This document shows positions 34,582 through 47,171 of a DNA stretch of 64,000 nt, in pieces. Source of the DNA: Minutocellus sp. GHC0000111 (Eukaryota); NCBI GenBank assembly GCA_977018835.1, contig OZ361258.1, forward strand, positions 4,588,001 through 4,652,000, given 5' to 3'. The notes below the pieces were generated by a model. That model worked only from the letters and a program-made list of their open reading frames with translations. It had not been told where the DNA came from and searched no databases. The position numbers were made by a program, and so were the translations under genes. Every line of letters begins with the position of its first letter. The first letter of the stretch is position 1.

Positions 34582-37095
34582 CTAATGATCCACAACTTCA
34601 AGGGCCTCAGCAACCTCGTCGTTGGTCTTCTTTCGGAAGACATACTTCCTTTGCAGTTCCTTGTGCTTTTGGGCTTCAAGCTCCCTCTGCTGCTCGAGGG
34701 TCATTGACTTTTCGAAGGCCAGAGTCTCGGGTTCGGCAGTCGCATCGCCGCTGCAAGGACGAGCAAAATATAAGAGTAGATAGAAACTGTGAGAAGACCT
34801 GGAAAAACTTGGCAACCAGTACATTGACCAACTCGGTAACCAAAAGAATACTTACAACAAGTTTCCAAGTCCCCAGCAGGCCATAAAACCAGGGACGTCA
34901 TCATTCTGAACTCCTCGTCTGGTGCCGAGGCCGCATCCTCCATCAAGACCACAGTCGTAACCGCAGTTCATGTCAAAGGCATGAAGACAGCCGGTGTCTT
35001 CCTCAGTCTCGGTGTTGTACTCGCGCCGGTACTTCCGGACGGCGCGATTGGCACGGCGACGATTGCGCATGTGGGCGGTGGTCAGGCCGTGACGTTCGAG
35101 GGCCTTGACGGTCTGGTATCGCCTCCACGCGGCCTGCGTCTTGACGGCGGCTATAGTTTCGATATCAATCCAATCGTACCGAGGGGGTCCACCAAAGGCA
35201 GCCTCGCTGTCGGAGGGTGCATTGTCGATCATGACTCTGGATCGGTGTCCGACGAAGCCTCTCTTCTTTAAACCAAAACGGCTGCCCTTGGAGGCATCTG
35301 TATTCTTGCCCTTTGTCTTTCCCACCTGCTCGTGAGCAGCAACAATGCGCTCCTGGGCGGTAAGCTTACGGGCATTCTTCACCTTGTTCTGACGTCCCTG
35401 GCGACTTCTATTGGCGGCGATTGCCGCTGCACCAGCTCCGGCCCCCGCACCAAAAAAGAGCCAGCCCTTGCGGCTGCTCTTGGACGACTTGGAGCTCTTG
35501 GACGAACGGCTCTTGCGGCTGGAACTGGTGCTCCTAGATACAGTCGATTTACTGCTACTGGAGGCCACGGCAGCGGTCTTGGTGGTCTTGTCCGAAGCAA
35601 AGAAAGTTGGAATAGGCGTGAGGACCGACGAGGCATCGTCGTCCTTACCAACGGCCTTGGACTTGTGATAGGTATTGGTCGACGGGGTGGCGAAGAAGGG
35701 TGGAACCTCACGCTTGCTGCTGGTACTGCTGGTCGAGCTCCTGGAGGAGGCGACGGTGGAGCCATCATCCTTCTCTCCGTCCTTCCTGGCCTTGCTGAGC
35801 AGGTAGGCACCGCCAGCGGCGGTAGCGGCAGCTCCGACAACGACGGCACCGGTCTTGGCCTTGCTGCCGGTACTGGTTCCGGAAGCGTTCGATTCCTTGG
35901 CATCCTCCTGCTCGTTGCTGCTGTCGGAGGCGGCAGCCACGGCGGCAGCCCTCTTGGCGATACCGCCGTTGCTGCGCTTCTTCATGGTGGTAGTGGTGGC
36001 AACGACGGCGGCACCAGTAGCAACAGCGGCGGCACCTGCAGCTGCACCTGCACGAGGAGATGACGACGAGGAACCCGACGAGCGGGCGCTGCGAGAGGTC
36101 AGGACCGACTTGGTCTCCTCGTCGTGAGCGTTGAGGGGCATGTCGTCGTCGGAATCGTAATCTTTGCCGTTGCAGAAGAAAGACAGTCGCTTCTTCTGCT
36201 GCTTCTGGTTCTGGTTCTGGTTCTGGTCCTTGTTGGTAGTGGTGTCCTTCTTGTCCTTAGAGGACGACATGAGGTAGGCAGCCCCACCGACGGCAGCGGC
36301 ACCGGCCACGACGGCAGCGCCGGTCCTGGCAGCGGCCGATGGTGACGATGCGTCGGCATCCTTCTGCTTGGTGCCCTTCTCGTTCTGGCCTTCCTCCTCC
36401 TTCGAACGGGTCTGCTCCGAAAGGGTCAGGTCGTCCAGGATGAACGTGGAATCCTTGCCGTCGGCATTGTAGGACTCGTCGGTGTACTGAGCCTCGGCGG
36501 GGGCTTTGTGGCAGTTCCACCGACCGGCTTTCTTGCTCGACTTGGTAGTAGCCCTGTCACTGGTGGCGGCACCAGTCTCGTCAATTTCCAGGGCAACCTC
36601 CTGCCCGACGCCGTGGTTGGCGCTGGACGCGCTGGTTTCGCTGGAGTTGGCGGAGCTGCGGTTGGCGAAGAGATAACCCGCAGTGGCGGCGCCGGCGGCT
36701 CCCGCGGCCACGGCACCCTTGTAGACGCCACCGCTGGTGCTAGTATTGGCGCCCTCACGTCCATTGTCGTCACGGGCCTCCTCCTGATCACGGTGGTTAT
36801 CCTCCGCAACAAAGGCGTCGCGGTCGTCCATCTGATGGGCATTGCCGTTGTCGGTACGGCTCTGCTCCTGCTGCTTCTTGCTGCCGTTCTTGCCGCCCGC
36901 CACGAAGAACTTGTTGATCTTGCGGCTCTTCTTACCAGAGCCAGCCGAAGCGCTACCATCGCCGTCGCCGTGGTTGACCACGACGTGATGCTTCGATTTG
37001 GACTCCTGGTACTCGTCGACGATGATGATGGTCGTGGCATCGTCCTCGGCGGTTTCGTACAAGGGCTCGTCCCGGAAGGACAGGTAGGTGGCCAT
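34582..37095 (-). CDS. Ser/Ala/Lys-rich low-complexity protein with a C-terminal IQ-like motif; intron 34855-34751
   Basis: 747-aa ORF; YDWIDIETIAAVKTQAAWRR; the splice gives GNLF-GDATAE. Confidence 0.75.
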
Positions 37096-37930
37096 GGTCT
37101 AGCTGCTGCAGCAATGAATTGATGTGTATGTAAAGGATGCGGATGTATCTGCTACTGGGCTACTCGGCCAGGTACTGCAGCTAAATGTTGGGAATGCAAG
37201 GGGGCGTCAAGAAGCAAACAAGGCACGATATGTGCTGGTTCGGTTCTCTTGCAGTCAATGAGCAGTATGAAGCCAAAAGAGAGCAGTTGGGGAGCGTAAT
37301 TTTGGCCCCGCTGCCGTTGAGAACTTGTACCAGAGAGATGGCGATTGGATTTACAGGTACCCTCAACGCATTCGTTTATTGGCCTGCGCGTCCCGAGCCG
37401 TTGGGTGTCCCTCTGAGGCGAGGCGATGGCCCAAGAATTTTTGGCGGGTCGGCACTGAAAGGCGAGGCGGGCTCGCGACCGGTCATGCGTTGAGATTGAA
37501 AAAGCCCTCCTGAAAAAGAAAGCAAACTGACTGGAGAAGCAGAGGCCCAGCATCATTGAAGCAGGGGGATCGGTGCGCCGACATGCATGCCCCAACCGCC
37601 CCTGGGTATGGGAGACAAAGCTTGGCGGGATAAAGCGCATCGGCATCATCGAGCGCAGCCTGTCACCTGATCACTTGGCGGCGGATTGGTATCTCTGAGC
37701 ACAAACATTTGTGCGAGAGGGATCGCGACGGCGCATGTGCTAGTAGCTACTACTTTTGCAGAGAGATCTACTACGTAACTGTGCATTGCCTCATGCAGGT
37801 GAATGAGTAGCGTCGTGCCAGAAGCATAGACCATTTGCATACAGGCACCTGCCATCTTACAGTGGCAGGCTCTGATCAAAATCATACCATCAAATTGCGC
37901 AAACTGCACTCTGATATCATATCGCCAGCC

Positions 37931-39409
37931 ATGTCGTCGAGTAATCCCACCGCATGTCTGTCGGCGAAGCAGCAGGCCGAGCTCACCATGCTCATCAGCT
38001 CCCGCAAGTGGTCGGCGGCCAAGATATTTCTCAAGAAGAACCTCGTTGCCCCCAAGGCAACTGCCTCTGCATCCACACCCAAACCGACCGTTGGACTGTA
38101 TCTACTGCATCTATCCCTGCGTTCCATGGCCCCGCTGTCCATCGTCACCATCCTTCTCGACACGACCAAGGGTGGACATCCCCTCTCCATCACCACGCCG
38201 GAAAGCTCGACCGGCATGCTCCCCCTCCACCTGGCCTGCCGGTACGGTGCCTCTCCCTCGGTGGTCGATCTGATCCTCATGCACCATCCCTCCGCCATTG
38301 ACGTCAAGGATGAATCTGGCAAAACGGCCAGGGACTATGCCAAGAGTCCGACCTATCCCCAACAATCGGGGACCAATCAGGTGGAAGTCGTGGCCGTACT
38401 GAACCGCGCCGAGGGATACCAAACCATCGCCGCCATGATCCACCGCCAGGCCGGTGCCGAGATGGGGCAGCGGTTGGAGTTATTAGAGGCCAAGCATACC
38501 AAGGAATTGACAACAAAGCTGGAAGATACCAACCACCAGCACGAGACGGACACGGACCAGCTGCGGAAGGAGGTGCAACGGAAAGAGAAGGAAAATAGCC
38601 GTCTCCAACAAAAGTTGGACCTGCTCCGTCGCGGGTTGGAGCTCGAACGGTCCGACCGCGTACGGCAAGAGGACGAACTCAAATCCCGCCAGGCCAGCGC
38701 CGATGGCACCATGGCGACGCTGCTGGGCCAGCTCCGGCAGGAACTGTACGCGACGCAGAAGTGGGCGGTCATTATGGAATTGGAGGCCCTGGCGGCCAAG
38801 AGCACGGCGACCAATTTGGAGAGACGACTAACTCACGCCGAGGAAGACCTCGCTGCGTTGCGGGAGGCCAATAGTCAGTCGGTATTCTCCTCCATGTTTG
38901 GTTCCGCCAGTAGCACCGAAGAGACCTCCGTCCAGCGAATTCGTGAGCTGGAGGAACTCATCGACACAAAGGACGAGGAGGGGGTTCGATTGGCACGGCG
39001 CGTGGCCAAGCTCGAGGGCATGGTCCAGAAGGCGAAAGATACGATTGAGAATTTGGAGACCGAGAACGATGCGTTCAAGGAACGGATTGCGGAGTTGGAA
39101 GATGAAGAGGGCGAAGGAGCGGCATCGGGATCGCATGCACGACGAGGCAGATCTCGGAATGCCAAGTCCTTGGAGAGCCGCGATGCCACCGAGGTTGTGC
39201 AGCCGAGTGAAAAGGAAGCAGGCGATGCCGCCGCACCGTTCTATGCGTTGGAGGATATGCAAACGGCTTTGAAGCGAGCCCTCAGTGGTGGCGAAGAGCT
39301 TATGAGCAAAGATCTGGCTCAAGCCAAGGATAAGTTATCAGCCCCGGATGCGGCAGCAAGTCCGAAGTCGGCAACATCCATCACCTCTCTCTTTAGCGTT
39401 TGTCTCTAG
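37931..39409 (+). CDS. Ankyrin-repeat + coiled-coil protein
   Basis: GMLPLHLACRYGAS..VV..IL..P.AI..KDESGKTA followed by a long coiled coil. Confidence 0.85.
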   Translation: MSSSNPTACLSAKQQAELTMLISSRKWSAAKIFLKKNLVAPKATASASTPKPTVGLYLLHLSLRSMAPLSIVTILLDTTKGGHPLSITTPESSTGMLPLHLACRYGASPSVVDLILMHHPSAIDVKDESGKTARDYAKSPTYPQQSGTNQVEVVAVLNRAEGYQTIAAMIHRQAGAEMGQRLELLEAKHTKELTTKLEDTNHQHETDTDQLRKEVQRKEKENSRLQQKLDLLRRGLELERSDRVRQEDELKSRQASADGTMATLLGQLRQELYATQKWAVIMELEALAAKSTATNLERRLTHAEEDLAALREANSQSVFSSMFGSASSTEETSVQRIRELEELIDTKDEEGVRLARRVAKLEGMVQKAKDTIENLETENDAFKERIAELEDEEGEGAASGSHARRGRSRNAKSLESRDATEVVQPSEKEAGDAAAPFYALEDMQTALKRALSGGEELMSKDLAQAKDKLSAPDAAASPKSATSITSLFSVCL

Positions 39410-39655
39410 ATCTAAAATGCATGTTGGTGGACTGTAAAATAATTCGCTAACAAAAACTACTTTCTCGAAGATTTCACTTACTTTATATTAGTTTACAATA
39501 GTGGTTTGGCGACGAGGGTTCCTCTTTAAACTTGGAGGACACCATCGGTTACAAAAATGATTTCGTATAGCCTATTGATACACTGTTGGACTTTTTCATA
39601 TGTGCATTGTTTTGTGTAATATGATACAGGTTGCTTGTTACAGGTTGTTTTGTGT

Positions 39656-42265
39656 TCAGACGGACAGGGGCACCGTGGCGGTGGCTACGGCGCATGCGGG
39701 TGCAGGGTCGGTGTCTCCACCGATGCCCTCGTCCTCGATGATCTCTTCGTCATCTCCATCGTCAACTTGGTTGGCGGCGGTATCAGCGACGAGGCTCATG
39801 CGATTGTACAGCTCGGCCATGGAGAAGGCGGCCTTGCCAAAGGACATGGGAGGTGGCATAACAGGCGCTGCACTATCCGAAACGGCGTCGGAGATCGGCG
39901 ACGACTGAGTTGTTACGTCGGGAGTGCCCTCGTTGGACATGTCACAGAGATTCAGGTTTGAAAGCTTCCGACGGAAGTTGGGCCTATCATCGCTTCCAGC
40001 GGAAATATCGGAGGTAGACGTCAGAACCAAGGACGAACGCTTCTTTTGCCTGGGCGCTCGGCTGGGTTGCTCCTTGGCAGTTGCAGAGGCGGTTGTCTTG
40101 AAGTGCTGTGCAACCCACGCATGTTGAAGGGCATCCACGGCCGTAACACGAACATTGGGATCGCTTTGCATCATCTTCCGGATGAGATCCTTGGCTTCAG
40201 AGGAGACATTCTTCCAGTGGGAACCGGGGAAGGTGACGGGGATAACGTTGGCATTATCTGCCTCCTCACCATCGCTACTGCTCTCCTCCTCGGATGACGA
40301 CATGGGCGAGTCCAAGATGGACTGCATGGTATCGTAGGCATCGAGGCTGCCAGAACGCTGGCGGGGTGGGAAGCCACACAGAAGGATGTACAACGTGACG
40401 CCAAGGCTGTAGACATCGCACTGGGTGTCGTAACCCGAGCCATTCTCGACCTCGGGGGCGGCGTAAAAGTCGGATCCGACGGAACTGTAGGCCCGTCCGC
40501 GGGCACGAAGGACGCTCTGGGGAGTGATGGGAGATTCACCGCCGGATGCACTGGAGGAGGTGGTAGAGGAGGCATCATCGGCGTCCTGTTGGTTGTGATG
40601 ATGAGGACGATGAAGATATCTGGCCAAACCAAAGTCCGAGAGGCGAACCTCGAGGTCGTTGGCACCACCGATCCGATTGCCTTTACGATCAAGACTGTCA
40701 TTGCTGGACGTAGTTGTAGACATGAGGAACACATTTTCCGGTTTGACATCCCGGTGGACGATGCCCCGCTCGTGCAGGGCGGCCAAGGCCTCGAGGAGCT
40801 GGCCGATGATGGTGGCAGCCTCCTGCTCGGTGTAGCCCGACCCGGCACTCTTGACGCTGCGGTTCGCGCCCTTCTCCTGGGCGGCCAGCTGCCTGCGACG
40901 GTGGATGGCATCGAACAGCTCCCCACCGGGACAGTATTCGAGCACGAGCTGGACCTCGTCGTTGTCCTCATAGACGTCGAGAAGGTGGGTGACGTTGGGC
41001 ACCCCGTCGAGGGCCCGTAGGACCTCGCACTCATCGAGGCGTCGGTGATGCCGAGCACCACTGGAGCAACGATGGCGCTGCCTCACGGGCGACGACATGA
41101 TGCTCTCCCTCCCACCGGCACGTCTTGAGGACATGATCTCATACTTGGACAGGCACTTGACGGCCACCAACGTCTCATCGGACCGGCGGACGGCCAGACG
41201 AACAGTCGACGACGCCCCATGGCCCAAGAAGCGACAATGCGGCGAATCGGTCAGGTCGTAGTCGGCGTGGATGGATCGGTGGTGGTGGGCATCGGTGAGA
41301 CGGACGGTGGAGGATTCGTCCGCCTTGCGATATTCCGAAAGGCTGAGGCGTTTGCCCTGCTTGCTTTGTTGGAGTTTCTTCTCGGGTCGGCGCCCACCTC
41401 GCTTGGTCTTGGCAGCTGTTGAGAGGAAGGATTTGGCTGGGCGTATCTTGGCCGGACTTTGGGGCTGAGAGGGCGGTTGGGCAGATGATGAGGAATACTT
41501 ATTGCCCATTCTCATGCTGCTGCTGCCGGAATTGGCTCGATATCCTTGCAGCATTTGACATGCCCTCTGCAAGACATTGCCGCTGCTGCTGGTCGCACCG
41601 TTATTCTCGGCTGGCAATGCATTCGAATCGAGAAAGCTGAACTGGACCGTGGGCTGAGAATTGTTGGAATACTTGGTCGTGCAATTCCGATGAGAATTCT
41701 GTGCCGCCGGAGAAAGATTCGGCACATGTTCCGATTGCAAGTCGGGCGTCGAACCCTGGTCTGGATCTGCCATGGTTGCATCCTCGGCGACTGCCTTGAC
41801 CGCCAAAGATTCCTGTCCCCGGCGCTTGGTGCTCCGAATTCTCATTGCCGCGTTCGAAACCGGCGCGGCCGCCGCCGAATCTGCGGGATACCGGCGCTTC
41901 ATAATGTCCAAGAGAGAATTGGGTGGGCTGACCGGTGTGTCTGTATCAGTGTCATGTTGTTCTGCATCGATATCTTGCCGTGAAGCCGGATTGCTTTGCG
42001 TTATGACATGCCCTAATAAATGGGTGGCGGAGGCATTGGCACCGCGAAGTGCCTTGACATCTTCGGCATCACCGGCCAGAGGCCTCGAGCCAGCCGAGGA
42101 AGATCCGGACGGCGTCGAGATCTTTGGCGTTTCCGAGGAGGAGAACCCGGATAATGACGCGCTTCCCGACGACGGCAGGCCGCTCGGTATCGGCGAGGCT
42201 GACGCTGACGAGGAAAGGGCCGAGAGGACCGCCGAACGGAGCGCATCCTCGTCGGATTGGCTCAT
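39656..42265 (-). CDS. Ser/Thr protein kinase (CAMK-like) with a long disordered N-terminus; start uncertain
   Basis: LGHGASSTV, VAVK, EYCPGGELF, HRDVKPEN, DFG, APE and DVYSLGV. Confidence 0.92.
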   Translation of the reverse strand: MSQSDEDALRSAVLSALSSSASASPIPSGLPSSGSASLSGFSSSETPKISTPSGSSSAGSRPLAGDAEDVKALRGANASATHLLGHVITQSNPASRQDIDAEQHDTDTDTPVSPPNSLLDIMKRRYPADSAAAAPVSNAAMRIRSTKRRGQESLAVKAVAEDATMADPDQGSTPDLQSEHVPNLSPAAQNSHRNCTTKYSNNSQPTVQFSFLDSNALPAENNGATSSSGNVLQRACQMLQGYRANSGSSSMRMGNKYSSSSAQPPSQPQSPAKIRPAKSFLSTAAKTKRGGRRPEKKLQQSKQGKRLSLSEYRKADESSTVRLTDAHHHRSIHADYDLTDSPHCRFLGHGASSTVRLAVRRSDETLVAVKCLSKYEIMSSRRAGGRESIMSSPVRQRHRCSSGARHHRRLDECEVLRALDGVPNVTHLLDVYEDNDEVQLVLEYCPGGELFDAIHRRRQLAAQEKGANRSVKSAGSGYTEQEAATIIGQLLEALAALHERGIVHRDVKPENVFLMSTTTSSNDSLDRKGNRIGGANDLEVRLSDFGLARYLHRPHHHNQQDADDASSTTSSSASGGESPITPQSVLRARGRAYSSVGSDFYAAPEVENGSGYDTQCDVYSLGVTLYILLCGFPPRQRSGSLDAYDTMQSILDSPMSSSEEESSSDGEEADNANVIPVTFPGSHWKNVSSEAKDLIRKMMQSDPNVRVTAVDALQHAWVAQHFKTTASATAKEQPSRAPRQKKRSSLVLTSTSDISAGSDDRPNFRRKLSNLNLCDMSNEGTPDVTTQSSPISDAVSDSAAPVMPPPMSFGKAAFSMAELYNRMSLVADTAANQVDDGDDEEIIEDEGIGGDTDPAPACAVATATVPLSV

Positions 42266-43360
42266 CGTCGGTGTATCGTCCTGAGAGATGATGTGCGGTG
42301 GATCGTTATCGTCCAATGCGCTGTGGGTGATGGATTCATGTTGGATTGATTCGTTGGTCGAGCCAGAAGAGGGGAAATGCTGATGAGAAAAAAAACGAAC
42401 ACAAGACGTGGAAATTGAAAAAAGAACATTGTCGACGTCACGCGATCGAAAGTCGACCGAAAAAATTGCGTCATAATAAACTTTCTACGTCGTCAACATG
42501 AAGTCACATGGAAAAGATTCGTCCAAACCTCGTGCGTCTTTGTTTTCTTCCATGTCTTTGCTCCCGTAAGCAAGCAGGAAGGATGAGGAGGCAGCCGAGG
42601 AGTGGAGGCGATACGAGGAAAACTCAACGTGTATCTGCGCAGATACCAACGCTTTCGAGCGATCACTCCACCATTGTTGAGTTCCCGCTCGTACCATGTG
42701 CGTATCTTTTTGATCGGCAGTCGAATCTTTTTGCCGCTTGCCGCCATCCCAGCACAAAGCAAGTCAAGCAAAGATATGATGCGAGAATGATCGCGAGAAG
42801 TGGCGCTTCTGAAGCGTTGTGGTGGTATGCTTTGATTGACAGCGGCATATTCAACCGGCCGCCATGCCAACTCATCAAATTCATCACATCTCACCCAACT
42901 GCCCGTATGTTTGGCTTCCACTCGGTCGACCTTCGTCATCCATGGGAAAAAGTAGCGAGAACGAACAAGAATGTCAGCACGTACCTTGGCATCGCGTTCG
43001 GCAACGGCGAGAGTATCATAGTTGGTGACAACGGCGGCGCCTTTGGCTGTCGCCCACGCCGCTAATGAGTTGAGATGTGTGCTTCCTCAACGCAGACGGA
43101 AGGAAATGGAAGATCCAAAGATTTTGTGGCTCAGCGTCGCTCGCAAATTCAACACGCCAGTGCCGAAAGTCTGGCAAAAAAATGGCCACGTAAGAGATGT
43201 TGTTTTCGGAATGACGTAGAAACAAATGTTCCCATTTTATCCCCCTCATTTAATTCCCTCATAAAAATTCCTCTCGATGACCTTGCCTCTCAAAGATGAC
43301 CGCGCGGCCACCAACCTGCCCCCAAGCCCATCGTTGTTTTGCGTGTAACTTCAACCAACC

Positions 43361-44379
43361 ATGTCCTACCGCGCCAACAGGAGGGGCTCCCGGTCGTACG
43401 GGGGCAGAGATGGCTCCAATTATGACGCAGATGCGGCAGCGTACGGCGGCTTTGATCGCAAAACGAGGCAAAGGATATGTCAATTGAGCATAGCGACAAT
43501 CGTGTTCGTTTACTGCTTCGGACCAACCATCTTTCCCAAGATCAAGCAGTTATTCAAATCACAAAATTTTGGAGATTTCGTACCGTCCGTCAGGACGGAA
43601 AGTTCATGGGCCGCTATCCCAATTCCCTACTGACGCTATTTTATCCCTACACGTTGTTGCGAGACATTGTCCTCGACCAACCGATTGCCGAAAGCGACGT
43701 ACCCTTCTTTTGGTACGTTCACAAGAGCGACTATGAAATAGGGAAACGGGTCTTGACCGATTGCTATGGCCTCACTCTCGTGGAACTAAAGGATTTTGAT
43801 TCCATTGAAAAGGCCCGGAAGATGAACATTGTCTCTGGTTTGAGTAGACAGCACGTCGTCGTATCTCCGCACATTCGAGAAGTGGAAAACTTTGGGCGCA
43901 TGTTTGCCTTTTTCCGACATCCGCTCGACTATGACTTGGTGCCAGAGATGCCAACTTTTCCTTCGAAAGATAATTTCCTCACAAGGCTGCTCTCAAACGT
44001 TCATGAAGGGCCGATCGAATTCAAACAGCTGGGGGTAGCCAAGAAGGTTGTTTATGTTACAACGCTCGTGGGCAAAATAGATCGAATGATTGACAGCATC
44101 ATACGGTGGGGACAGTACTGGGGCTGGTCGTTTGCACCTGGAAAGGGCGAGAGCTGCGTCACGGAGATTGTTGAAAAGTACAATCCGGAAGAAACTTACA
44201 TTGACCACGAGAGTGATGAGTGGAAGCAGTTCTACCAAGACAATATATTGGACTGCAAATTATTTGAGCAATCGGATGCCGCATGGCGAGGGCAAATACA
44301 AACGGCAATTCCGTATGAAATCCAACTGAAGCGGGCAGAGCCGTCGGAGGATGAAGAAGATGAGGAGGAGGAAGAGTAG
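43361..44379 (+). pseudogene. Type II membrane protein with a sulfotransferase-like (FRHP) domain; frameshift near 43580
   Basis: The N-terminal TM ORF 43361-43633 must switch frame into DVPFFWYVHKS...GRMFAFFRHP...DNFLTRLL...DCKLFE. Confidence 0.55.
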
Positions 44380-44500
44380 GCAGCGGAGTACCGGTGTTAA
44401 ATAATACGCCATTGTAATAGGAGGGTATCGCACAAGAGTTTCTAAAGTTAGCAGATCTATGCCTATGCGCTTGACTTTGTTTGCAGTATCCTGGTTTCGT

Positions 44501-45331
44501 CTACCTCCCACCTGTTAACGACAATGTTGATCCGCTGCAGTATGAGCTTGCATCGCTCAGCAAAAAGTATATCGCTTCTGCAACTTCTTCTGGCTTCCCT
44601 GCTCTTCCCATTGGCACATCGGCTTTCACCTCCTCGGCTCTCTCATCCGATACGAGGTCAGTCTTGGTCGTTCCAGGTGCAACCGAGTTGATTCGTATGC
44701 CATCTGACGCTGGGAGTGATTTCGACAATCCCACCATCATGGAATCCAATGCGCCCTTGCTCATAGCATAGAACAGCGGGTAGCCCTTAAATTTCATTAG
44801 ACCCGATGTGACATTGACAATCGCACCTCCGGCAATTATCTTTCTCTTTTTGCGGGGACTTTCATCCTTTTCAATCTGGCCAGCAGAATATTCGGCCTCA
44901 AAACGCCGCTGACGGACAAATTCCCTGCAACAAAAGAACGGACCATACACATTTGTAGCAAGAACAGAATCCAGGTCTTCTTTCTTCATGTTCGCAATAT
45001 CTGTATCGGTTGGCCCAGTGACGGCTGCATTATTAATTAGATACTTTGGATTTCTTCCAAACTTGTCATAGACATCAACAAACAAACCGCCAACTGCGTC
45101 TTGATCGGAAACATCGCATTGAAAACCACGCAATTGTCCCTTGTTTTCACCGTTGGCCTCAGATTCATTAGCTCGTTTGGTTATTTCCTTTTGCATGTCT
45201 TTGACTCGCTCGGCCGAAGAATCGGATTTGTAAACACAGGCCACATCACATCCGCGTTGGATAAGGAGAAGGCATGTCGCTCTGCCGATGTGGTCCCCTG
45301 TGACGATAGCCAGCGGGCGATTGTCGTTCAT
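44501..45331 (-). CDS. Short-chain dehydrogenase/reductase with a shortened Gly-rich motif
   Basis: LINNAA, GAIVNV, YAMSKG, IRINSVAPG and PMGRAG.PEEVA. It has TGDHIG in place of TGxxxGxG. Confidence 0.85.
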   Translation of the reverse strand: MNDNRPLAIVTGDHIGRATCLLLIQRGCDVACVYKSDSSAERVKDMQKEITKRANESEANGENKGQLRGFQCDVSDQDAVGGLFVDVYDKFGRNPKYLINNAAVTGPTDTDIANMKKEDLDSVLATNVYGPFFCCREFVRQRRFEAEYSAGQIEKDESPRKKRKIIAGGAIVNVTSGLMKFKGYPLFYAMSKGALDSMMVGLSKSLPASDGIRINSVAPGTTKTDLVSDERAEEVKADVPMGRAGKPEEVAEAIYFLLSDASSYCSGSTLSLTGGR

Positions 45332-45590
45332 TGTTGCGCCGTTGCTTTCGAGCAAGAATGCAAAGGGCGCGCATGCAGCAAGCACGAATAGAAAAACCGG
45401 GTGTCTCTTTCGTCAAAATGTAGTCTTTTCGTCGTCCGGATCACGTGCTCGGACGACGGAAGGACTAAATTAGAGCCGCAAATTCTGGAAATCCGACGAA
45501 AATACGCCGCGAGATGCAGAGAGCCAAAGACAAAATTGACGAAAGTTTCCCCGCCCCTCGCAGCCACTCCCTATCCCCTTCCCGCCTATT

Positions 45591-47171
45591 ATGATGCGTT
45601 TCCCAACCGCCGCGGCCACCAGAGCAGCCGCCTTCGTTGCTACCCGCTCCGGAAATAACCCCACTGCTTCCTCGGCTCTTCGCTTCTCTGCCCTTCGCGC
45701 CATGAGTGCTGCTGCCCCCGGACCCAAGGTACGTCAGTGCATCGCCCAAACACAGATGGACGCATATCGGCACCCGTGCAAGTGCAACGTGATGGGCGCA
45801 TCGAAGACATGGATCATGGTTTCAAAGATTTTATTGCACAAACAATCGGGCACGCATTTTCAAGCTAGGGTGGATCTTTGAAAAGCAACACAAGATGTAA
45901 TGCTTTCGCTAGATTTGCATTCGAGTCAGATTTAGACATTCGCCAATTGCTGCACTCCGAGCGATCCATCGGCAGATCCGGCAAGACAAGAATACATTTC
46001 CCTTTCAGCTTTTCCTCACAAATTATTTTTATCTTCACAATGTCTCCTGCAGCCCGAGAACATTGAATTCTCCTCTGGACCGTGCAAGAAGCGCCCTGGA
46101 TACGAGGTCGCCAACCTCGACCAGCGCGTCCTCGGCCGCTCGCACCGCTCCAAGCTTGGCAAGGAGCGTCTTGCCTTTGCCATTTCGGAGACCAAGCGCC
46201 TCCTTGGCGTTCCCGATGACTACCTCGTCGGCATCGTCCCCGCCTCCGACACCGGCGCTTACGAGATGGCCATGTGGAACGTCCTCGGCGCCCGCGACGT
46301 CGATGTTTGTCATTGGGAATCCTTCGGCAAGGGCTGGTTCGCCGATGCCATCAGCCACCTGAAGCTTCGGGATACCGTCACCGTCAACGAGCACACTGCC
46401 GACTACGGTGACCTTCCCGACCTCAGCAAGACCAACCCCGAAAGTGACATCTGCTTCACCTTCAACGGTACCACCTCCGGCGTCCGCGTCAAGGAGGGAT
46501 GCGACTTCATCTCCGACGATCGCAAGGGCCTTACCCTTTGCGATGCCACCTCGGCCTGCTTCGCCATGAACATGCCCTGGGAGAAGCTCGATATCACCAC
46601 CTACTCCTGGCAGAAGGTCCTCGGTGGCGAGGGTGGACACGGCGTCCTCATTCTCAGCCCCCGTGCTGTTGAGCGCCTCGAGTCCTTCACCCCCGAGAAC
46701 CGCCCCCTTCCCAAGATCTTCCGTCTTACCAAAAAGGGCAAGCTCGATGCCGGTATCTTCAAGGGAGCCACCATCAACACCCCCTCCATGCTTGCCGTTG
46801 AGGATTACATTGATGCCCTTACCTGGGCTGACTCTCTCGGCGGTGTCCCCGCCCTCGTCAAGAGGGCCGAGGACAACCTCGCCGTTGTGGACAAGTTCGT
46901 TAGCGAGAACTCGTCCTGGATCAACTTCCTTGCCAAGGATCCCGAGACCCGCTCGGCCACCTCGGTTTGCCTCACTTTGGACTTGACTGCTGATCAGATC
47001 AAGGAATTCGTTTCCCTTCTCGACAAGGAGCAGGTTGCTCTCGACATTGGCGGTTACCGTGATGCCCCTCCCTCGATCCGAATCTGGTGCGGTTCCACCG
47101 TTGAGACTGCCGATGTTGCTGCTCTGATGCCCTGGCTCAAGTGGGCCTTCGATGAGGTCAAGGGGAACTAA
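45591..47171 (+). CDS. serC: Phosphoserine aminotransferase (alphaproteobacterial/Methanosarcina type), probable organellar presequence; intron 45729-46052
   Basis: [64 protein letters not shown] and YRDAPP..RIWCG. Confidence 0.95.
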
